A DNA stretch of 63,233 bases, the filler included, from Octopus bimaculoides (Eukaryota): the NCBI RefSeq assembly GCF_001194135.2. It is 5 parts of 5 records of this genome, joined end to end, with 100 filler letters (N's around TTAATTAATTAA, not from the genome) between each part and the next. Parts side by side here need not be neighbours in the genome. Positions count along the whole stretch, not along the records: positions 1 to 15,324 come from NW_026375185.1; 4 more parts are not named here. The stretch is one strand, 5' to 3'. The position numbers were made by a program, and so were the translations under genes. Under the pieces are notes generated by a model. The model saw only the letters and a list, made by a program, of their open reading frames with translations. It was not told where the DNA came from and searched no databases. Shown here piece by piece: positions 1 to 11,383 of this stretch; the stretch's first letter is position 1; each line of letters opens with the position of its first letter.

Positions 1-46
1 AACCAGGAACTTCCGTCGCATTCAGTTCCTGGCTGTACCGTTTCCC
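1..46 (-). promoter_or_regulatory. Programmed -1 ribosomal frameshift signal (G GGA AAC, 5-nt spacer, 10-bp stem)
   Basis: Heptamer at 46-40 is in X XXY YYZ phase with gag. Stem AGCCAGGAAC (34-25) pairs with GTTCCTGGTT (10-1). The -1 frame reads RYSQELNATEVPG without a stop. Confidence 0.8.
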
Positions 47-972
47 GAACCGGGTGATGCAAATGAGCATGGGGTGGTGCATTTCCGCGCCTGTGTACCG
101 AACTTTCGGTGGTACCAACACGTGTCGTGTGGGTTGCGGGTAGCACTGGGACTGCGGGATCGTCTACCATATCGATGCGGTCGGCTGCTGCTTCGGCGCT
201 GGTTACCAAGCGATAGGGCCTGTATTTGGGTTGTGAGGGTCTGTATTTGTGCGGCTTGCTGCGTCATTAATGAATGCAAGTCCGCAATTTCAGAAGAACT
301 GGTCGGCGAAAGAAAAGGATTGGTAGTGGGAGCGGCTGGCGTCACCGTCGATACTGTGGAAAACCTATGTGGTACCTCAGCTATTTTGTCCGCTAGGTCT
401 GCCAGTTCCTCAATGGATGTGGATTCTCGTGTGGAAGCAAGAACTACCTGTGTGTTGGAGGGTAGACGCTGGAGAAAAAGCTGCTTGAACACTTTGTCGG
501 GGAGGCTCTCATCTCCAAGAAGCTGCTTCATTCTTCGTAGAAACTGGGAAGGCGTTCTATCGCCCAATTCTTCGGATGTCAGAAGTTGGTGAAGTCGCTT
601 TCGTTGGGACTCGGAAGTTCTGTTAATGAGTGTCGTTTTGAAGGTGTCGTACGATACAGAACCGTGTGGTGTCATAATGAGATCGCGGATGACGTTCATG
701 ATCTCTGGTGATAGAGAACTGATTACATGCGACAGTCGAGACGCATCGCTCAGTACTCGGTGAGAAGAAAACTGGGCTTCTATGTGGTGAAACCATAATG
801 CAGGGTCGTGCGTCCAGAATGGGGGAATTCTCCACGTAATCGCCGCTTGAAATGTCATGTCGGCTGTACCTCTCTCACGGTTATATATACAAACAAATGT
901 GAGCGTAGTAGAAAACAACTCTTTCCCTGTCATCACCTGACTGACTATTATTTGAGCGGCAATTGTCTCCAC
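22..972 (-). CDS. gag: Gag-like ORF of a Ty3/Gypsy LTR retrotransposon; pol continues off the left edge in the -1 frame
   Basis: RIPPFWTHDPALWFHHIEAQF, LGDRTPSQFLRRMKQL and LFLQRLP motifs plus a C-terminal CWYHRKFGTQARKCTTPC knuckle, typical of this gag family. The true start is probably downstream of the ORF-track start. Confidence 0.9.
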   Translation of the reverse strand: METIAAQIIVSQVMTGKELFSTTLTFVCIYNRERGTADMTFQAAITWRIPPFWTHDPALWFHHIEAQFSSHRVLSDASRLSHVISSLSPEIMNVIRDLIMTPHGSVSYDTFKTTLINRTSESQRKRLHQLLTSEELGDRTPSQFLRRMKQLLGDESLPDKVFKQLFLQRLPSNTQVVLASTRESTSIEELADLADKIAEVPHRFSTVSTVTPAAPTTNPFLSPTSSSEIADLHSLMTQQAAQIQTLTTQIQALSLGNQRRSSSRPHRYGRRSRSPSATRNPHDTCWYHRKFGTQARKCTTPCSFASPGSGNGTARN

Positions 973-1026
973 TCCATTTGCCGCCAGGACGCAAACCGAC
1001 CAACCGTAGCCACTAATAAGGTCACG

Positions 1027-1742
1027 TGATAGGGTGTTTTTCTAATGCTCTCTGTAGCCCCTATTTTCCTATAAATAGCCTAAATTATCCGCAGCAATTC
1101 GTCGCGGCTCAGATCCTCACATATCTAGTCGTCGACCACACACGCGTAACACAACACCAACCAACCAGCCAGTTCCAGCGACGACATCAACAACCACTTC
1201 AACTACGTACTACCAGCATCGCCCCCAGCGTCAACATGACTTCTACACGTACACAAGCTACCAACAGCTAACCAAACAGCAACTGCAGCTTCTCTTCTCA
1301 ACTCTGTTTGTGTGATTTGTTCATCACGAAATTAACAGCCAGAATTCGACACCTGCGAGAGAACATCTGTATTCAAGAATCCGGCCCGGCATAGAAGCCC
1401 CAACTTCACGACGAGTGACTTAGCCCTGCCTAACGCCTCAACCTCTTATATACAGACACTAACTACTGTGTACCCTAAGAACTGGTATATTCTTATCCGT
1501 GTTACTGACTCTTATCTATACTCTATATCTCTTGCATTCACATACATGTATTACTTGCACACACTCTTGTTTACATGACGGCCTGTCTTACATTATGTTT
1601 TATTATGTCGCATTCACACTCACACACAGACATACAATTTAATGCTCTAATAAATCTTACTGTTATTCATCTCTATCGGTTGCGTTCCTATCTTGTCCTT
1701 CCTGGCAAACTTCTTAGTTCTTTATGTTATAGTATTATAACA
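1027..1742 (+). mobile_element. LTR-like segment
   Basis: TATA-like CTATAAATAG near 1070, AATAAA near 1648, ends in ...TATAACA. No TSD or PBS identified. Confidence 0.3.
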
Positions 1743-1841
1743 TAATATTATTATATTTTTGTGTCGACCGTGTGACGCGTTTAAAAAGGAGCCTGTTTTC
1801 CATTCGTCACCATTTCTCCTTTTGTCCGCACGGTCGTTCTT

Positions 1842-1853
1842 ACACACACACAC

Positions 1854-1933
<80 letters not shown>

Positions 1934-1935
1934 TA
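1842..1935. repeat. (CA)n(TA)n microsatellite
   Basis: Directly visible. Confidence 0.98.
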
Positions 1936-2289
1936 GTTTATGTATATATTAATATTATCTCAGTTATTAAAACTTTCGTTAATTTAAATACGTTAATAGT
2001 TACCAGAGGTAGCAAAATTACATTAAAAAACAAGATATCACAGCCGTTTTACAGGTAGAGATACCAAGTTTAAGTGATACATTTTGAGAAGATATGGATA
2101 ATAATAAATGGAGCAAAACGCATGTCAATAAAAGTTCCTTTAATTCCTACACATGTTTCGAAATAAATGACCATGTAACATCTCTGCTCGTAAGTTACCC
2201 CATCATTTCGTTTTTGTCTTGCTANNNNNNNNNNGAACAACAACGTGAGGACGTGATACGGATAGTGTTACTAGACGCTCGGGAAAGGA

Positions 2290-2525
2290 AAGATATATAT
2301 ATATATAAAATCCGTTCTGTCTGTCTGTTTGTGCGCTTATAACTCGAGTATTGTTCATCTGATCGCGCTGAAATTTTAAACATGGGGGCGTTCTGTAATC
2401 TAAAAAGATTTTCAAAATTGTTAGTTTCAAAGTGAGGAACGCTATTTTTGTAATTTTTTATGTCCTTTTGTTCCGCCATTAAAACAAATAATTGCTCAGA
2501 TAGCCGGCACATACCATTTCGCTAG
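2290..2525 (+). mobile_element. Non-autonomous Helitron-like fragment
   Basis: TATATATAAAA start followed by (CTGT)n, the same layout as 14974-15300. Confidence 0.4.
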
Positions 2526-4038
2526 CAACAAGGGGAGTACAGGATGATAGTCAGCCAAAACCGTCGCTGTGCTGTCTCTCTTCTTTCTTCTCTCTGTGGA
2601 GTTAATAATTTTAATCTTTAGTTACAGTCGCTCATTCAAACTACATAATAAGCAGAATTGTCGGATTAAGAAAGTAGGGTGTCTTCAGGGAGATACATAC
2701 ATTCATAGGCCAACTTCGGATTTAGGAAGCACAAACAAGTTGGAATTTTTTCCGTTTTGATGGAGATTTTTCAGATTTCTTTACACGGTGCCCTTAGAAA
2801 TGATCTGGAGTATCTGTTTTACAAAAAACTTCTCTTCTCTTCTGAGGAGCGATTGTGGTCAATTTTGTGGGCACCATGCACTTAAAATCCGGGCATAACT
2901 ACAGACTAAAATAAATTTTGATCCTTTCACCCGCACGATTTTCATTAAAAAAAATAAAAAAATAAAAAACCCTCGGATTTTTTGCGTGGAATCAAGTACC
3001 CTGACCTCCTAATATACTTCAAATCCCTTATTTTGGTTCGGAAAAAGTTGGGGTGGGAGACCTGACCACTCCATCCCGGAATCATTGGAAATTTTTTTTG
3101 TTTCGTTGAATGAATTCCGGTGACCTAATATGCTACAAAACCCTTTTTGGGTTCCGGAAAACGGGGTGGGGTGAGGTGGGAGCCTCGGAAATTTCACCCC
3201 CACGCTGGTATAAAGCTGAAAATATTTAGTCAAGGAAATAAGTGTTTTGTTGGGAATTAATCCATTTATTTGATAGCAAAGAGGTAAGTNNNNNNNNNNN
3301 NNNNNNNNNNNNNNNNNNNNNNNNNNNNNNNNNNNNNNNNNNNNNNNNNNNNNNNNNNNNNNNNNNNNNNNNNNNNNNNNNNNNNNNNNNNNNNNNNNNN
3401 NNNNNNNNNNNNNNNNNNNNNNNNNNNNNNNNNNNNNNNNNNNNNNNNNNNNNNNNNNNNNNNNNNNNNNNNNNNNNNNNNNNNNNNNNNNNNNNNNNNN
3501 NNNNNNNNNNNNNNNNNNNNNNNNNNNNNNNNNNNNNNNNNNNNNNNNNNNNNNNNNNNNNNNNNNNNNNNNNNNNNNNNNNNNNNNNNNNNNNNNNNNN
3601 NNNNNNNNNNNNNNNNNNNNNNNNNNNNNNNNNNNNNNNNNNNNNNNNNNNNNNNNNNNNNNNNNNNNNNNNNNNNNNNNNNNNNNNNNNNNNNNNNNNN
3701 NNNNNNNNNNNNNNNNNNNNNNNNNNNNNNNNNNNNNNNNNNNNNNNNNNNNNNNNNNNNNNNNNNNNNNNNNNNNNNNNNNNNNNNNNNNNNNNNNNNN
3801 NNNNNNNNNNNNNNNNNNNNNNNNNNNNNNNNNNNNNNNNNNNNNNNNNNNNNNNNNNNNNNNNNNNNNNNNNNNNNNNNNNNNNNNNNNNNNNNNNNNN
3901 NNNNNNNNNNNNNNNNNNNNNNNNNNNNNNNNNNNNNNNNNNNNNNNNNNNNNNNNNNNNNNNNNNNNNNNNNNNNNNNNNNNNNNNNNNNNNNNNNNNN
4001 NNNNNNNNNNNNNNNNNNNNNNNNNNNNNNNNNNNNNG

Positions 4039-4645
4039 GCAGGTAGCAGTCTCGAGTGATAAGTCCATTCTGATTGGCGTAGGGTATGGGCGTTACGGGT
4101 TACCTCTGACGGTGTGAGGGACCCTCGTGTCCCATTGGTTCGCTACTGCCCACCTCAAGCTGGGCAGCCCCCACCTGCTTCATTGGGTGCTTGGAGCTAA
4201 GAGTTTGACTTGAAAAACGGCCTGAAACCTCTGCACCAGGCAAACAATCAAAAGACAAGAAACCACCAGTCCTACGGTTAGCAAGCTGGAATGTCAGGAC
4301 CATGTGCCCTGGCATATCTGATGACCTACTCAGGATTGAAGACACAAGAAAGACGGCCATCATTGACTACAAACTAAAGAGGCTCAACATAGACATTGCT
4401 GGACTGCAGGAGACAAGACTCCCCTCAGATGGCAAACTCAAAGAACAAGATTTTACTTTCATTTGGCAGGGAAGAGATCCAGAGGAACTTCGTCAGCATG
4501 GTGTTGGCTTTGCAGAGAGAAACTCATTACTCTCCTCAATAGGACCACCATCAGGAGGCACTGAGCGTATCCTCTCTCTGCGCTTCTTGAGCCCTTCTGG
4601 CTCAATACATTTACTGAGCATCTATGCTCCCACTCTCTACAGCTC
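4039..4645 (+). mobile_element. 5' part of an RTE-clade LINE: UTR plus APE endonuclease
   Basis: RLASWNVRTM...LNIDIAGLQETRL...QHGVGFA...LSIYAPT. Truncated after YAPT. Confidence 0.9.
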
Positions 4646-4920
4646 AAATTCCTCTTGCTACTGTCAAAAGAATTATAGTGCAATTCAAAAGTCAAAGAAA
4701 AGAACCAACAGATTCTCGTCCCGGCCGACCTGGGCCCTCGGAAAGGAAGCTTCGCTGTTTGAAGAGAATTGTGGAAAACGAACCCCGTTCGAAGGCTTCT
4801 GACATTGCAAAACAGCTAGAAGTTAGTCCAAGAACGTGTGTTACATATCTGCATAAGCTTGGGTATTATGGACGAGCAGCTAGAAGAAAACCTCTCCTTC
4901 AAGCAATTAATATCAAATAA
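4646..4920 (+). mobile_element. Tc1-like transposase fragment (DNA-binding region)
   Basis: IPLATVKRII...RPGRP...ASDIAKQLEVSPRT...LGYYGRAARRKPLL. Confidence 0.85.
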
Positions 4921-5979
4921 AAGATTTTGAAAATTAAAGGTGTCTATTTACTTCCTTCATGTCTGTGTATATAGAGAGAGATAGATATATATTATATATA
5001 AACATATATTACACACACACACATATACACACACATGTACACACACATATATACACACACAGACACATATATGAGGGGAAAAACTTGGATCTTGTGAATT
5101 TTCCGAAGTCCTCTCCCCACTCTTTGGAAAATATTTTCCCCACAAATTACTTTATAATCGTAATGTATGCCGTTTGAAAGGTATTTATTTAAAATTTCAT
5201 TGAAAAAACCCCATTTTCCTAAAAGTTATGCGGGGAAAAACTCAGATCTTGTGAATTTTCCGAAGTCCCCTCCCCACCCTCTCATTTCTTTGCGCGCATT
5301 TTTTCTTTTCATATTCGTTTCCTACACATTGTTTTACACCCATTCCAGTACTGTTTGGGGATTTTCATTTCCGGGTCAAGATGTAAACATTAACNNNNNN
5401 NNNNNNNNNNNNNNNNNNNNNNNNNNNNNNNNNNNNNNNNNNNNNNNNNNNNNNNNNNNNNNNNNNNNNNNNNNNNNNNNNNNNNNNNNNNNNNNNNNNN
5501 NNNNNNNNNNNNNNNNNNNNNNNNNNNNNNNNNNNNNNNNNNNNNNNNNNNNNNNNNNNNNNNNNNNNNNNNNNNNNNNNNNNNNNNNNNNNNNNNNNNN
5601 NNNNNNNNNNNNNNNNNNNNNNNNNNNNNNNNNNNNNNNNNNNNNNNNNNNNNNNNNNNNNNNNNNNNNNNNNNNNNNNNNNNNNNNNNNNNNNNNNNNN
5701 NNNNNNNNNNNNNNNNNNNNNNNNNNNNNNNNNNNNNNNNNNNNNNNNNNNNNNNNNNNNNNNNNNNNNNNNNNNNNNNNNNNNNNNNNNNNNNNNNNNN
5801 NNNNNNNNNNNNNNNNNNNNNNNNNNNNNNNNNNNNNNNNNNNNNNNNNNNNNNNNNNNNNNCTAGTCGTGAGTAGAAAACACAAATTTAATATAAAAAC
5901 ATATTTCCTGAAATTGCAAATTATTTAAAATATAAAAATATAATTTTCAACAGAGAGAATTTATCAAAATAGAAAACAA

Positions 5980-6170
5980 ATGAAGTTTGAAGTTTAAAAA
6001 TAATAGGATCGACCACTCACGACTAGCTAGCGCGGACGCGCGAACTTTCGAGTAATAGATAGATAGATAGAGAAACAGACAGACAGACAGACATATAGCT
6101 CGCTCCGGCCACAGGCATGCAGGCAGACAGACAGATACTTCACTAGCAGTGAGCACTTTCACTTCTGACA
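5980..6170 (-). mobile_element. Helitron-like non-autonomous repeat
   Basis: (GTCT)n/(ATCT)n then GC-rich GCGCGTCCGCGC and CTAGT on the minus strand. Confidence 0.35.
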
Positions 6171-7520
6171 GCTAATAGCATGATAGTGCCCCACTTTCTG
6201 TAAAATTATGTTAATAAAATGTCATTCAATAAATAAATACATAGATAAAACAGTCGTATGAAATGTAGTGAAGAAGAATCCTACGTTTCCCGATGGAAAG
6301 GTCTGCTCTAAACTTAAGATATTCCGTCACGCTCACAACATAAAAAATGCATTTTCGCTGTCCCAATTACTAGACAAATTTATTGGTGAATAAATCTATC
6401 CAATCATTGGCCACAGCTTTAACTTCACTCGATGTTTACTGGTTGTCAAGTTACTTCTGACGAATCTGTAAACTTTTATTAAGCTGAATTATAATCTTGT
6501 TTCTTTTACTTTTTATATCGAACCGTTGTTTTCCTTTTAGACGAAGAAAATAGCGAAGAAGTTAAATTCAACCGGTGAGATAACTTTTTGACTTTTGATG
6601 ATTTTTATATGTAAAGATTGACTCTGATAGTGCTTTGCAATAATTAATCACACCTCTTTTTTATGTTCGGAGTTCAAATCCCTCCGAAGTTAACTTCACC
6701 TTTCTTGAGTGGTAAACTCATTGTTGTCCACTTTAACACGAACCCCTGGCACCTTGGGTGTTTATAGTATTTGTAAGCATTCAAATCAAGCCTTTCGACT
6801 TGAGACTATATCTCCGTTCGTTCCTCACTAACCTTGGATGTCCTGTAAAGGGACTTGAGTACAGGTATACTTCCTAACTTTTGAAATAAATGATCCTTTC
6901 TATATGCACAAGGCCTGAAATTTTGGGGCAGAGGTCAGTCGATTATATCAACCTCACAGTGCTCAACTGGTGCTTTTTTTGGCATTCCTACAGATGTGTC
7001 CCCGCCGCCGACTTTGTTGTCTCATAACTTCCGGAAAATGGTTACTTTTCAACGAAATTTTCATTAAATACCCCTTAGATGCTGTAGACTTAAACGATAC
7101 ATAAAACTTACAATCGAAATATTTTTGAGACACATATGGCATAGTGTATATTTACGTATAGTGAAAAGAAAAGCAGCAATAAGTTACCCTTCCACTTGGA
7201 GCTAAGACAACTAGACAAAGTTATTCTATCACACAATCTCGTTTCCTCCTCTCTTCCTGTAAGAACACCTAAAATCTATGCAAGAAATGATTCGATTAAA
7301 TCATATAGTTTGATTCGGTCTATATACCCTACTTGTAACAGAGTGCAAAGTCGTCTTTTTTGTTGTTGTTTTTGAGCATTTAACTAAATCAACTTCAAAG
7401 TACCGTAAATGCGAAACGAATTATAATAGAAGACTTCTGAAGGGTTTTATTTAGATAGGAGAAAACACGAAATTATATACAACAGTGTAGTCCCACATGT
7501 TGTCTATATTCCCCAACCGC

Positions 7521-8050
7521 CAAAACCACGTTTTCATTCTTAATTTTAAACTTTTTTTCGAATTTTTTTTTGATCCACGTACAAAAATACAGAGATTACG
7601 AATCTGGGAATTTAAAAAAAAAATTTTTCTTAAACAAATATTCAATGCCCCTTCCTCCACCTCACTCACCCATCACCTCCCCACTTTCAAAAAAAACAAA
7701 AAAAACTCAGAATGTTTCACTTTCGTCTGATGTATCATGCATGCGTAGAATTAACGGAAATAGCAGACGTTAAAAGTATCAGACCACACCAGAAAATCCG
7801 ACATGCTAGAAACAACAGCCAAACGACATTATTTCTGGATAAACTTCCTTGCTTTCAAAAGCTAATAGTGAAACATTCGGAGGTGGGGTTTGGGGAAGGA
7901 GATCTGAGGGTTTCTTTAAAAAAAAATTTGTAAAAGATTCGTAATCTCTATTTTTTGATGTGGAGAAAAAAAAATCTAAAAAAGTTAAAAATTAAAAAAA
8001 ATTGGAGTGGGGAGGGTTTGGGTTATTAAAATATTGAAAACGTGTTTTGG
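7521..8050. repeat. Foldback element with nested inverted arms
   Basis: Three inverted pairs: 7521-7536/8035-8050, 7589-7606/7935-7949, 7710-7721/7867-7878. Confidence 0.7.
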
Positions 8051-8160
8051 GCAAAACTCTAATCTCCTATACCAAAAACATAGGAGTCTGAAGAAATTTT
8101 GGAAAAATATTGGGGTGGGGGGTGGAGGGCAAAGATCAAGTGCCTAAATATGCTCATCAC

Positions 8161-8425
8161 GCTTTTACTCATTTCAGTCATTTGACTGTGGCCATGCTGG
8201 AGCACCGCCTTTAGTCGAGCAAATCGACCCCGGGACTTATTCTTTGTAAGCCTAGTAGTTATTCTATCGGTCTTTTTTGCCGAACCACTAAGTTACGGGG
8301 ACGTAAACACATCACCATCGGTTGTCAAGGATTTGGTAGACGGAAACTGAAAGAAGCCCATCGTATATATGTATATGTTTGTGTGTCTGTGTTTGTCCTC
8401 CCAACATCGCTTGACAACCGATGTT
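8161..8425 (-). mobile_element. 5'-truncated SINE (family 1) with an inverted 5' segment
   Basis: 8161-8329 matches the family-1 3' end on minus; 8330-8425 matches the upstream body on plus (compare 20325-20465). Confidence 0.9.
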
Positions 8426-8429
8426 GTCG

Positions 8430-8760
8430 CTGGAACTGGCGGTGTCTTGTGTGGTCAGTGGCCAGACCTTGAAAGGTCTGGAACCGAATGACATTGAGAC
8501 GAGGTAAAGTTAGGTTTTATAAGGAGTTATAGGCTCAGCTGAGGTAGGAAAACAGGCTATCACACGCGACCTTATTTGAAGGCTGCGATTGGTTGGGTTG
8601 CATATTGGCGCATGATAGAGCAAGAGACAAATTGTGCCAGTACCAACCAATCAGAGTAGTGGACACAACAGGGTCCAAAATGCAGCCAAAGGCTACCTGT
8701 TATCTACTACCTTCGTATGTATGTATATACAGTAGAGATGATCGGAATTTCACTCAAGTG
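8430..8760 (-). mobile_element. Possible solo LTR or promoter-like repeat
   Basis: CTTATAAAA on minus and two CCAATC boxes. Termini not resolved. Confidence 0.2.
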
Positions 8761-9332
8761 TATGCTACAAATATTTCTTCAATTGTACTAGTATTGAGGA
8801 GTGACCATGGTTGTCGTTTTGTTATATATGATTTTAATTTTAATGTTCAGTAATATATCTTTCTAGGGATTTTGATGGGGTTTTTCTTTCTATTTAATTT
8901 AGTTCTTATTTTCTAAGCCTGGACAAAGTAAGTAGGGGGTGCAATTTTGAATTTTGTACCCCTTGTTCCTGGGCCCTTGGTTGTAGTCATACAGATTAAA
9001 AGCGTTAAGCTGTGATTAGATAAACGTTACTTGTTATGAGTTCAGATATGTTTGAAAAATATTTCAAACTGTAAGAAGGTTATTTCTCATGGAGAAAAAT
9101 GTTCGCTGTAGACAAAAAGGTGCGAACACAGCAGGGTCAGGTTGATAGATGGGTGCATGTATTAAGAAGAGTTATCTTCTCATTAATACTAAATATTGAC
9201 AAGAGAAGCAACTCTTAACTAAGAAGTTTTTCACAGGAAACTAATAAAAAATATTTTGACTGGTGGTGCCTTTTGGCTGTCCGGTCCTTGTAAAATACCG
9301 ATTAGAATCATTACGCAGTCATTGAGTTATAC

Positions 9333-9444
9333 CTCGATGTCTTCCAGGCAATAAATCTGGTACCTTTCACTTATTTTATTGCCTATTATGATTTTCATTC
9401 CAAAGCATTTCACTTGTTCATTGTCATTCTCCGCCATTACATAT
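9333..9444 (-). CDS. Candidate internal exon of an unidentified host gene
   Basis: Strong acceptor tttttttgtttttatag, open frame YVMAENDNEQVKCFGMKIIIGNKISERYQIYCLEDIE, donor GAG|gtataa. Confidence 0.35.
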
Positions 9445-9934
9445 CTATAAAAACAAAAAAATAGTCGGACGGGCCAAATCGTTAATACCTTCATGTTCGC
9501 AAGTGATTGAATAAATATTAATTCATTATTGAACAGAAAATTAAAAATCACTTATATTTCCAAAGTAATTATATTCTACAGTAAATGTAAAAAAAAAAAG
9601 AACGATCTAGAAAGAGCTGTTTCGAAAGTTTTAGATAGTCATGTCGGTTGTTTATATATGTGGATATGATTTTGTTTCCTTAATTCGGGTCAGCGACTGA
9701 TTTAGTAGTATTAGTAACATCAAGCGAACTAATGCTATATTTAGAGGAGAGCACCGTTAATCGAAAAGTTAACTTCTTTAATCGTTAATCCTTTAATCAA
9801 AAAGTTAACTTTGTTAATCCGTTAATTCTTTGAAAATGTAACGGAAGTTAACGTTGATCCATTAACGTTAACTTTTTATTGAAAAAAGACATAACTACAG
9901 TTTAATACCCCACCGACTTTGTTGCCTCATAACC

Positions 9935-10870
9935 TCAACCATCTCTAACACCTCGGTTAACTTCCTAAATATCTCTCTTACTATTGACCTCCCGTCCCAC
10001 TCTCTCACCACCCCGCCTTCTTAAAACCCACAGATTCCCACCTCTACCTCAACTTCTCCTCCACCCATCCCTCCCACACCAAACGGGCCATCCCCTACAC
10101 CCAGTTCCCCCACCTCTGACGCTTGTGCAGCCAGGACCAGGATTTCGAGACCCAGTCCCAGTACCTTGCTCGCCTGTTCATGCATCGAGGTTACCCCTCA
10201 ACCCTTGTCCAAACTGCCCTTGTCCACGCTCATCGAATCGATCGCACCACCGTCCTCTCTCCTTCCCCCACACCAATCCCCTAACCGCACCCCTTTCCCC
10301 TCCTTTTCCACCCCTCTACCCTACCCTTCGTCGGAGGATCCTATGGGCCTTCTGTCGTCTCCAGCTAGATCTCACCACCCATCCCATTTTCCCTAACCCA
10401 CCCTTGTCCTTTAAACGCGCCTGAAACCTATGCGATCTACTGGTCCATGGCACCTTCTCTTGCTCCCCAGCTCCACCCAGATCCTTCCCTTGCTCTAGAT
10501 CCTGCTGTCACACCTGCCCTTTCATCACCGATCAGCACACTCTCCATGTTAGAAATTCCTTCTCCTGCACCTCTACAAGCCTTAGAGATGTAATCTCTGT
10601 AATAAACTCTATGTAGGTCAGACGGGCCGCAGGCTGGCCAACCGGTTCACCGACCATCTAAGAGATATTCGGCTACGCATGAACACCCCCGTCGCCTGTC
10701 ATTTCCGCTTGGCCAACCACTCCCCCTCTAATATCTCCGTCTTTGGCCTCACTCTGCACTACGGATCCACACACTCGCAACTTCGCCTGGAACAGCATTA
10801 CTTTTTCAGTCTACAAACACAACCTCCTCCTCTTAATGACTGTCTACAAACTCCTAAAAAAGAGTAAATT
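9935..10870 (+). mobile_element. Penelope-like retroelement, 3' part (RT C-terminus plus GIY-YIG endonuclease), degenerate
   Basis: KPTDSHLYLNFSSTHPSHTKRAIPYTQF...RGYP; IFPNPPLSFKRA; YVGQTGRRLANRFTDH...PVACHF...LQTQPPPLN. Confidence 0.9.
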
Positions 10871-11383
10871 TTTATTTTATTTTATTTTATTTTAGTTCAT
10901 CTTATTTTCTAAACTCCCCATTTTCTAAACTCAATCCAGCTGTTGTTTTTTCAAGCGAATCTTCGCTCATTGAATTCTGTATTTGTAGACCTGAATTTTT
11001 CCAGCAATTTACAATTGTCTCTTTTACAACTGAATCCCATGCCTGGACTGACCAAAAAATGCCATCCAATAATGATGTTCCTTTTGAATTGACACTTTCA
11101 CATCTTTCTTTATTAACCAAATTTTTAATAAAAATTATATTGTAGTTGCACTTGAATGACCAAATTATTCCTTGGTCTAAAGGTTGTAAATTTGCAGTTG
11201 TGTTTGACAGGTAGAAAGAAAAAGTTCTCTAGTTGAAAAGCTTTGTTGTTTGTGGCATGCTGCATTGTCAAGGAGCAATAATACTTTTCTCTGTTGTTTA
11301 AAAAATTCGTAATGGATTTCTTTTAGGTAAAATGAAAATATGTTTTCTGTCATCCATACCATATTGTTGTTTTTATAATAAAA

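Noticed and set aside
74-592. 172-aa plus-strand ORF
   Set aside because: Antisense shadow of gag with no recognisable motif.
9984-10424. Proline-rich 146-aa ORF
   Set aside because: An off-frame reading of the C-rich Penelope RT.
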